Shown here: positions 9,247 to 16,157 of the stretch, piece by piece
How the letters are laid out: each line of letters begins with the position of its first letter
Numbering within the stretch: the stretch's first letter is position 1
Assembly (NCBI GenBank): GCA_050293845.1
Contig: JBNKNM010000011.1
Coordinates: 1-16,157, forward strand
DNA from: Pseudobacteriovorax sp.
GTDB taxonomy: Bacteria; Bdellovibrionota_B; Oligoflexia; Oligoflexales; Oligoflexaceae
DNA: 16,157 nucleotides
Reading direction: 5' to 3'
The notes under the pieces: generated by a model
What the model was told of the DNA's origin: nothing
The model's input: the letters and a program-made list of their open reading frames with translations, nothing else
Databases searched by the model: none
Program-made: the position numbers and the translations under genes

Positions 9247-10101
9247 ATGAATGCGGTAAATACGCAGCTCAATGAGGAAGAATTCTTTTTTGCTAATATT
9301 GTTCAATTTCAAGATGGTGCTTTAGACAGTACTAGTCATCAAAGATTTGAGCAAATTGTCAAAAAATATGAACTTGAGCAGAAGCTGGTAGATTTTGGGA
9401 TCGTTCGGGGACAACTACAATTGGACTTTCAGAACATCTGTGTGGATGAATATCTGATCCATCAGCTCCATGTTTTAGTAGAAGATGATGCAGCCCGGGC
9501 GAACCATGAAGCCTCTGATATTGAAGAATTCTCAAAGGGAGTGTTATTCGGGCGGATTGTTAGGGGCGGGTTGATTGTAGTCTTACTACTGGTCTTTGCT
9601 GGGGTGGGGTATTATTTTTTGGCACCTAAGTCAAAACCCAAATTTTCTGCTTTAGACAGTCTTGTTTATGAAGCAGCGGTGATGATCGAAGATCCTGAGG
9701 GTAGGTTGGATTTTCCAACGAATAGTCTGGATGAATTAAGAGACTACTTTTCTCGCTACCCCGATTTGGGTTTTCATGCCAAACCTATTAAGTCTCCGGG
9801 TGAGGGGTGGAATTTGGATGGGGGAACAGTCATTGACTATGAAGTACAAAAGATTATTGCTGCTCAATTTGATAATCCCCAAGGAGATAAGCTTTTTATC
9901 TATTTGTTTGAGGGAGATTTGGAGGATTTTCCCTATTCAGAACCCGGAAACTATAAGGGGCTATTATATCAGACTTATGCGAGCGACTATTTTAATGTAG
10001 TTGTTTTTGGAGCTGATGAAGGGGTTTTGGGAATGGTGGTCGGTAGTCGTAAGGTTGAGGAGCTTGCGCAGGTAGCCCACAGATCGATTAGCGCAAACTG
10101 A
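9247..10101 (+). CDS. Single-pass membrane anti-sigma-factor-like protein (RsiW/COG5662-like architecture)
   Basis: 284 aa, AGGAG SD, 13 nt after the sigma-like stop. N-terminal ASD-like helix 'IVQFQDGALDSTSHQRFEQ' (cf. L.AYLDGEL...E...VE) with no HxxxCxxC zinc motif. One TM segment (GGLIVVLLLVFAGVGYYFL). Periplasmic 'GWNLDGGTVIDYEVQKIIAAQFDNPQGDKLFIYL' resembles the G..L.GGR......A...Y....G....LY pattern of that family. Confidence 0.75.
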   Translation: MNAVNTQLNEEEFFFANIVQFQDGALDSTSHQRFEQIVKKYELEQKLVDFGIVRGQLQLDFQNICVDEYLIHQLHVLVEDDAARANHEASDIEEFSKGVLFGRIVRGGLIVVLLLVFAGVGYYFLAPKSKPKFSALDSLVYEAAVMIEDPEGRLDFPTNSLDELRDYFSRYPDLGFHAKPIKSPGEGWNLDGGTVIDYEVQKIIAAQFDNPQGDKLFIYLFEGDLEDFPYSEPGNYKGLLYQTYASDYFNVVVFGADEGVLGMVVGSRKVEELAQVAHRSISAN

Positions 10102-10375
10102 GAACTCAACGGTAAATTCCTTTAGGTATTTCGTTAAGCAACCTAGATGTGAAATACCTCCCTTCTGCACTGCAGTGAAATTGCATTATGTTTAAAACAC
10201 TCTGTGCTATTTCCCTTCGTTTTTCGACAGAACCTGTCCCATAGGCTTTTTGCTCACAGTTAAACATTCTCAAGCTGATAGTTCTGTTGCTTTCAATATG
10301 TTGATATCCTGACTTGAGATTTCCCAGCAAGCGTGGTAGTGGCTTCGTCTGGTGAAATTCCTTTTGAGGCAATAG

Positions 10376-11392
10376 GTGCAGAAAATACTCCTTATACAAT
10401 TACGGCAGTTAGGCGATATTCTACTGACGACCCCGTGTATTAGGGAAACAAAGCGGCGTTATCCCCATGCTGAAATCGATTTCTTGTCCCACTCCATGGG
10501 TCGTATGATTCTTGAAAATAACCCGTTCATCGATCAGTTGATCACCTATAATGAAAAGGATAGTATTATAAACCAATTAAGATTGCTGATGTCCTTAAGA
10601 AATAGGCGATATAATGCCGTAGTTGATTTTATGTATAATCCGAGAAGCGCTCTTTTGACATTAGCGACGGCTGCTCCGCAAAGAATCGCATTTCCATCTC
10701 GGAGGAGCTGGGCTTACAATAACATTGTCTCGCAATTACCTGAGTCTGATTACATAGTCCGAGAGAAATTTCATTTGCTATCAGCAATTGATGTGCAAGC
10801 TTCCCACGAGGCATTAGTATTACCGTGGTTCGAGAGTCATACGCAGCCATTCAAATTATTTGCCAATAGGAACCTGCAGAATCGGGAGCAGTTGCGCATT
10901 GTCCTTAGTCCTACCCATCGTCGGCTACGCCGTCGGTGGCCCTTGAATAGATACGTAGAAGTTGCTAATCTACTCGTTCACAACTATGACGCTAAGGTCA
11001 TTTGGATCTGGGGACCTGGTGAGCTGGAGTTAGTTCAACAGTTGCAGGAGAGGACCCAAGAGAAAACTTACATAGCACCCCCTACAAGTTTTACAGAACT
11101 TGCAGCATTTATTGCTAATTGCGACCTGTTTGTAGGGAACTCCAATGGTCCATCCCATGTTGCCGTATCGACCGAGATCCCAACCTTGCAGCTTCATGGG
11201 CCAACCATTGCCCAAACCTGGTGCCCTAATAACCAAAAACATCGCTCGGTTCAGGGGAAAGATATGGAAAGTATTTCTGTGTCACAAATTCGCTTGAAAG
11301 TATCGGAAATGATGCCCATTATTAGCAATAATGTGGCACAAAGAGTTAAAATTGGTGATAGGATGAGGTGGGATCAGCCCTGGGTGTTATAG
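10376..11392 (+). CDS. Glycosyltransferase family 9 (LPS heptosyltransferase-like, WaaF/WaaQ group)
   Basis: 338 aa, GTG start. GT9 N-terminus KILLIQLRQLGDILLTTP, 'RRYPHAEIDFL', 'LENNPFID', 'RRWPLNRY', 'ELAAFIANCDLFVGNSNGPSHVA', 'PTLQLHGPT'. Confidence 0.93.
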   Translation: MQKILLIQLRQLGDILLTTPCIRETKRRYPHAEIDFLSHSMGRMILENNPFIDQLITYNEKDSIINQLRLLMSLRNRRYNAVVDFMYNPRSALLTLATAAPQRIAFPSRRSWAYNNIVSQLPESDYIVREKFHLLSAIDVQASHEALVLPWFESHTQPFKLFANRNLQNREQLRIVLSPTHRRLRRRWPLNRYVEVANLLVHNYDAKVIWIWGPGELELVQQLQERTQEKTYIAPPTSFTELAAFIANCDLFVGNSNGPSHVAVSTEIPTLQLHGPTIAQTWCPNNQKHRSVQGKDMESISVSQIRLKVSEMMPIISNNVAQRVKIGDRMRWDQPWVL

Positions 11393-11411
11393 TTCAACAA
11401 AGGTGGAGCCA

Positions 11412-11708
11412 ATGGTGAATATTTTAAGGATCGAACGCAGCAAGCGTACAAGGTCGCGTAAATTGCCCTATCTTCCACGAATTGGGATTGTTATTGATTT
11501 CGGCGGGAGGCGTATATCGTACCGCCAAGCGCCTATAATCGAGACAATTCTAAATCTGATAGAAAGGGGAGCTAGCCGGTCGAACTTCGATAAAATCATC
11601 ACTGAGCAACTCTATGAAATAGCACTCCCTTCTTTTGCTAAGAAAAAAACTGTCAATGTTAAAGCAAAAACCATCTCTTCCAGGCCGAAGAGGTTGCGAA
11701 AAAAGTAA
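11412..11708 (+). CDS. Small, strongly basic hypothetical protein
   Basis: ATG 11412 after GGTGGAG (ORF-track GTG 11403 is the alternative). 98 aa, about 25 K/R versus 7 D/E. Fills the gap between co-oriented neighbours with ~19-nt spacings. Confidence 0.65.
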   Translation: MVNILRIERSKRTRSRKLPYLPRIGIVIDFGGRRISYRQAPIIETILNLIERGASRSNFDKIITEQLYEIALPSFAKKKTVNVKAKTISSRPKRLRKK

Positions 11709-11727
11709 TTCTGAAAGGTTTTAATTT

Positions 11728-11937
11728 ATGGTTCCATTCCGTGTATTCGATCGCGACAAAAAGCAAATGTGGCAAATTATTAACTACCACCCCAGTCAGG
11801 GAACCGATGGAAGTTATCTGGCTACAAAGGAAGACGATGATGCAACAGATGGAGATATGAAAATCATACCGGCAACTGAATTAGCATCCTATAAATTCGT
11901 AGACTTTCTTGAAGAGGTGGAGCCTTTTGACAGTTGA
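11728..11937 (+). CDS. Small acidic hypothetical protein
   Basis: 69 aa with GAAAGG SD, 15 D/E versus 7 K/R, beta-strand-like pattern. Its stop overlaps the start region of the response regulator. Confidence 0.75.
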   Translation: MVPFRVFDRDKKQMWQIINYHPSQGTDGSYLATKEDDDATDGDMKIIPATELASYKFVDFLEEVEPFDS

Positions 11938-12334
11938 GACTTGCCCGAAGCCGCTTCTGAATAAAAGATTTCTCGTTGTGGAAGATGCCCTCGATAACCG
12001 GCAATTATACTCTTATTTACTAGAGGAATGGGGTGCTTTAGTAGAAGTTGCAGAACATGGGGAGGCTGCCCTTTCTCTCATCAACAAGATGGACTTCGAC
12101 CTCGTACTTATGGATCTCAATATGCCGGTTATGGATGGCTACGAAACCATGCGCTTACTAAGCTATTATAGGAATCGCCCTCCCACCATCGCCCTAACAG
12201 CTTACGAGGCCAATTCTCAAGAAGTAAAATTGCAGCAGTGTGGATTTGATGCTTATCTTGCTAAACCAATTGACCCCCAGCAACTCTATGAAAAAATCAT
12301 TTCTTTCTTGGAGCAAGACTACTGCGACTGCTGA
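11927..12334 (+). CDS. Single-domain response regulator (stand-alone receiver, CheY/DivK-like)
   Basis: RFLVVED, DLVLMDLNMPVMDGYE (phospho-acceptor Asp), IALTA, GFDAYLAKP; no output domain. TTG 11927 after GAGGTGGAG is preferred over 11909; start uncertain. Confidence 0.92.
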   Translation: MTVETCPKPLLNKRFLVVEDALDNRQLYSYLLEEWGALVEVAEHGEAALSLINKMDFDLVLMDLNMPVMDGYETMRLLSYYRNRPPTIALTAYEANSQEVKLQQCGFDAYLAKPIDPQQLYEKIISFLEQDYCDC

Positions 12335-13653
12335 GCTTCTTTTTGCCCTTGCTCGATATCCACAAAACGTAACAAAGTGATGCCAATAATGAATAGAAGT
12401 CCAATAAATATAATAGCTCCACGGCTGTCTTCTGACATCTTACTGATCACAGCAAATAGCAACGGGCCAAAGATTCCAGCAAACTTGGACGAGACGCTAT
12501 AAAAACCAAAAAATTCACCGGCTCGGTGTTCGGGAACCATTAAAGTATAGATCGAACGGCTCAAAGCTTGAGAAGCTCCTTGGACGAGAGAAATGCCGAT
12601 GGCGAGAATCCAAAAATGTATGGCCTCAGACATAAAATACGAAAAAATAGTAATAATGAGGTAAACAACTAGAGTGATGTATAGACCGATTTTAGGTCCG
12701 ATCTTCATCGCCAGGGGGCCGAAAATAAAAGATGCTGGGACACCTAGAAACTGTACCATCACTAAGGCAGCCATAAGGTCTTGGTTGCCAATTCCCATTT
12801 CTTTTCCATAGATAGTCGAGAGTTTCATAATGGTACCAATGCCATCGGAATAAAACCAAAAAGCTATTAGAAAGATAAAGAGGTTAGGGAAGGTTTTTGC
12901 TTGGCGAAAGGTACCGATAAGTTTTTTAAAGGAGAGTGTGACAATTTCTGTCGTTCTCAAGGAAGTTGGAAGAGTCGGGTGCTTTTTTTCTACAACATGC
13001 TTAAACAGAGGAATACTAAATAAAGCCCACCAAATTCCTACTGCGATAAAGCTTGCGTGAACGGCTTGTTCTTTGTTGGAGAAACCAAAAAAATCGTACT
13101 GTGCCACCCAGGCAAAGCACAAAAGTAGTAAGAGCCCACTAGCTAAATAACCGAGAGCATAGGCAGAGGTTGAGGTTGTATGAACATTATCTTCCTCACA
13201 AATATCAATAAGAAGGGATTCGTAGAATACGTTACCTAAGGCGAACCCCATGTTTGCCAAGATATATAACAAGGATGTCAAGGCAATGAGACCTTGACCT
13301 GAAAAAGCTAGTCCTATCGATGATGCTACTCCTAGGAAAGTGAAGAAGAGTAAGAATTTTTTTTTACCGGATATGGCATCGCAAATGGTCCCCAAAAATG
13401 GCGACAAAACGGCAGTTATTGCCATGGCGACTGCGGAAATTGCAGCCCATAAAGAAGATTTATCATGGGGGGCAAGGTCAGAAGCAACAACATCGGCGAA
13501 ATAAATAGGCAAGATGGCAACCATGATGACAGCTGCAAAGGATGAATTTGCTATGTCATAATATGCCCAGGCTCGCAGATCCTTGCGATCAAGACCTAGT
13601 ACCTTCAATACTCGCAGCCAAAATGAAACCCTTGGGGGCAGGTTGTTTGTCAT
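12319..13653 (-). CDS. MFS transporter, UMF1/Atg22-like family
   Basis: 444 aa, about 12 TM segments. Family motifs RAWAYYDIANSSF, SPFLGTICD, GNVFYESLL, ALGYLASG, WWALFSIPLF, FWFYSDGIGT, GASQALSRS, EFFGFYSVSSKFAGIFGP. Confidence 0.9.
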   Translation of the reverse strand: MTNNLPPRVSFWLRVLKVLGLDRKDLRAWAYYDIANSSFAAVIMVAILPIYFADVVASDLAPHDKSSLWAAISAVAMAITAVLSPFLGTICDAISGKKKFLLFFTFLGVASSIGLAFSGQGLIALTSLLYILANMGFALGNVFYESLLIDICEEDNVHTTSTSAYALGYLASGLLLLLCFAWVAQYDFFGFSNKEQAVHASFIAVGIWWALFSIPLFKHVVEKKHPTLPTSLRTTEIVTLSFKKLIGTFRQAKTFPNLFIFLIAFWFYSDGIGTIMKLSTIYGKEMGIGNQDLMAALVMVQFLGVPASFIFGPLAMKIGPKIGLYITLVVYLIITIFSYFMSEAIHFWILAIGISLVQGASQALSRSIYTLMVPEHRAGEFFGFYSVSSKFAGIFGPLLFAVISKMSEDSRGAIIFIGLLFIIGITLLRFVDIEQGQKEAQQSQ

Positions 13654-13825
13654 AGAGTTGTCTTCCGTTAAAAATTTTGAATAGATCTCCGTAAGATACA
13701 GAAAACGTAACGATTAGCCAAGATCTCTCAAAATTTTCTCACTCAAAATATAGAACATAGCAAGAAATCGTGCTAGAGATTCACTTGCTGAGTATATTGC
13801 AAAGCTAATTTTGGGGAGCTGTTCG

Positions 13826-14455
13826 GTGTTAAATCGAAGTAAAGCATTGTTAGACGGATTTCTAGAAGTTCTGGAGTCATTAGGCCTATTTATTTGTCTT
13901 GTTCTTGCTGCACCCATGGGAGTTTTCCGACGCTTGGACCGTCTGTATGCTGGATTTTACTATCTAATAGTTCTATTACCTCGTAACCTGATTGCACCAT
14001 TGATCAGAGTTCAACTTGACTCGAAGATAGGTAATTACCTGCAAGCTGCGAATTTACTAGATCAGATTACGTTGGTGCTGGAAGACTCAGTAGAGTCAAA
14101 GAAACATATTAATGTTAACCGCATTCTTTGTGATTTCTATTGCATGTTGTTCCGTTTATATGTGCTTTCGGGGAATATTGAGGATGCCGCCCTGACTGTC
14201 ATTCGAGCCCACCAGAAAATAGGAATGGACAAACTTCCAAGTACTCCTAACTTCGATGTGAAAGTAGCTCATGTTGTTAAAGCGGGTATTGCCGCAGGAA
14301 AGCTCTTGGAAGATGGTGGTCTTGCTACCCTTATGGTTAGGACCGGAGAAGAGCAAGTGCTGTCGAAGTCATCGCAATATAAGAAAGAGTACAAATCGCG
14401 AAAAGTTGTTGAAACTGAAGATGGTGCGAAAATCATACCGTTTCCTAGACCATAA
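13826..14455 (+). CDS. Hypothetical membrane-associated helical protein
   Basis: GTG 13826 after GGGGAG is preferred over TTG 13811. Two N-terminal hydrophobic stretches, TPR-like helices (GNYLQAANLLDQ; LYVLSGNIEDAALTV), charged tail ending GAKIIPFPRP. Divergent from the MFS gene and followed by a terminator. Confidence 0.72.
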   Translation: MLNRSKALLDGFLEVLESLGLFICLVLAAPMGVFRRLDRLYAGFYYLIVLLPRNLIAPLIRVQLDSKIGNYLQAANLLDQITLVLEDSVESKKHINVNRILCDFYCMLFRLYVLSGNIEDAALTVIRAHQKIGMDKLPSTPNFDVKVAHVVKAGIAAGKLLEDGGLATLMVRTGEEQVLSKSSQYKKEYKSRKVVETEDGAKIIPFPRP

Positions 14456-14573
14456 ACTTTATCCAATGCACCGTAAAACGCCTTCCTTCAGGTGGACGAT
14501 ATCAAGTGGGGAGTTACTTCATCAAGAATCTGCTCTTTAGGTAGCAGAGGTTTTAATACTTATATAGTGGAAT

Positions 14574-14600
14574 AGCCCAGGCCAATGACCTGGGCTTTTT
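14574..14600. terminator. Intrinsic terminator between convergent genes, probably bidirectional
   Basis: AGCCCAGG-ccaatga-CCTGGGCT: 8-bp GC-rich stem followed by TTTT on the plus strand; about 20 nt past the stop of the minus-strand collagen-like lipoprotein. Confidence 0.8.
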
Positions 14601-14619
14601 AGTACGGATACTTAAGTGG

Positions 14620-15447
14620 CTATTTTACCGTTGAGAACTTTAAGTTCGCAAAAGGAGTAACTATATTTGCTGGCAAGGAATAACTTGTCGTCACCTTGTA
14701 AGAGTGGGCAAGTGTTTGGGTAAATGCTGCGCAAGTGTGAGGAGAGTTGTAATAAAACTGCGATTTAAACTGCAGATTGCTTGTATGGGTTTCATCACCT
14801 TTTACGATAAGAAGACCATTGGTTCCACGAATCACAACTCCCTTAATCAACCGGATATCGCTGTTAGAAGCCACATAACATTCACCAGAACAATCGTTTG
14901 ATAAGTAATTGCAACCGTCTAAGGTAAGGGTGTCAAGGTTGCCTGTGTCAGAATTTACAACAAGGGGAATACCTGTAATAGTTTCATCCTTAAGGTTCAA
15001 GCTAGCAATGTTACTGTCTGACATCTTTACAAACTTTTCACTGACGCCTTGCAAGGTTGCAAGGTAACCAATATTCGCATTGTTGTCATCAGATATATAT
15101 ATAGTCAATGAATCCCCTTCATCTCCCTGAGCTCCCTGTGACCCTTGAGCACCAGTTTCTCCTTTATCCCCAGTCGCTCCGTCTTGGCCTTGGTGAGAGA
15201 CTGCAACAAAGTCATGACCGTCGCAAATAAGCAAGGAGGCATCTTCTTTTACATACACAACCTGATTCAAAGAATCATTGCTACAAATAGGTAGTTCATC
15301 CCGTGTATTAGCATAGGTCATCGCAGATAATGTCTCTTCCGTACTAAGGTCAGATGTGTTTTCATCCTTGTTTGTAGCTTCTCCACAAGCTGAGTTGATG
15401 GAAGCAATGATGCTTATTATTAATGTGCCCTTCATAAATGCTTTCAT
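14620..15447 (-). CDS. Collagen-like lipoprotein (short Gly-X-Y stalk, Cys-containing flanking domains)
   Basis: 275 aa with a strong AAGGAG SD. Signal peptide II-like MKAFMKGTLIISIIASINSA-C21. Nine Gly-X-Y triplets GQDGATGDKGETGAQGSQGAQGDEGDS (15109-15189). Cys pair C55/C75 before the stalk; 'GCNYLSNDCSGECY...HTC' in the C-terminal domain. Confidence 0.85.
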   Translation of the reverse strand: MKAFMKGTLIISIIASINSACGEATNKDENTSDLSTEETLSAMTYANTRDELPICSNDSLNQVVYVKEDASLLICDGHDFVAVSHQGQDGATGDKGETGAQGSQGAQGDEGDSLTIYISDDNNANIGYLATLQGVSEKFVKMSDSNIASLNLKDETITGIPLVVNSDTGNLDTLTLDGCNYLSNDCSGECYVASNSDIRLIKGVVIRGTNGLLIVKGDETHTSNLQFKSQFYYNSPHTCAAFTQTLAHSYKVTTSYSLPANIVTPFANLKFSTVK

Positions 15448-15482
15448 TTTGTTCTCCTTTTAAGTATCCCGATATGTTTTAA

Positions 15483-16157
<675 letters not shown>

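Noticed and set aside
10106..10399. 97-aa minus-strand ORF in the anti-sigma/GT9 gap
   Set aside because: Opposite to both neighbours, overlaps the GT9 start, no recognisable features.
14460..14550. Possible minus-strand gene fragment (PKEQILDEVTPH/DIVHLKEG) between the convergent genes
   Set aside because: Too short, needs a frameshift and has no start; cannot be distinguished from chance without a search.
913..14901. Remaining short ORFs nested in or antisense to the long genes (e.g. 913..1152, 1715..1936, 4143..4352, 5702..5998, 8020..8283, 9776..10000, 14271..14540, 14704..14901)
   Set aside because: They overlap well-supported CDSs and show no independent motifs; typical alternative-frame noise.

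Overview
Bacterial chromosomal window with an envelope/LPS theme. Gene content (orphan family-3 solute-binding protein, collagen-like lipoproteins, TPR remnant) suggests a Gram-negative Bdellovibrionota/Oligoflexia-like organism, but that is inference only. Left to right: a frameshifted TPR-gene remnant; a perfect 40-bp palindrome; an orphan solute-binding protein; a tightly packed minus-strand run kdsB > peptidase/propeller/Omp85-barrel protein > aroC > SLC12/CCC-type cation-chloride cotransporter; a divergently transcribed, highly degenerate ECF-sigma-like gene with a membrane anti-sigma-like partner; a GT9 heptosyltransferase followed by a very basic small protein, an acidic small protein and a single-domain response regulator; a UMF1/Atg22-type MFS transporter; a hypothetical membrane protein; and two tandem collagen-like genes, the upstream one running off the window and carrying a 36/72-bp tandem repeat. 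The best candidates for something undescribed are (i) the sigma-like protein that has lost its RNAP- and DNA-binding motifs (possible sigma mimic) paired with an anti-sigma, (ii) the HExxH-peptidase-Omp85 fusion with a degenerate barrel lid-lock, and (iii) the collagen pair sharing a small Cys module at opposite ends of their stalks. All assignments are by-eye motif recognition; no searches were run. No rRNA, tRNA, CRISPR array or mobile element was recognised.
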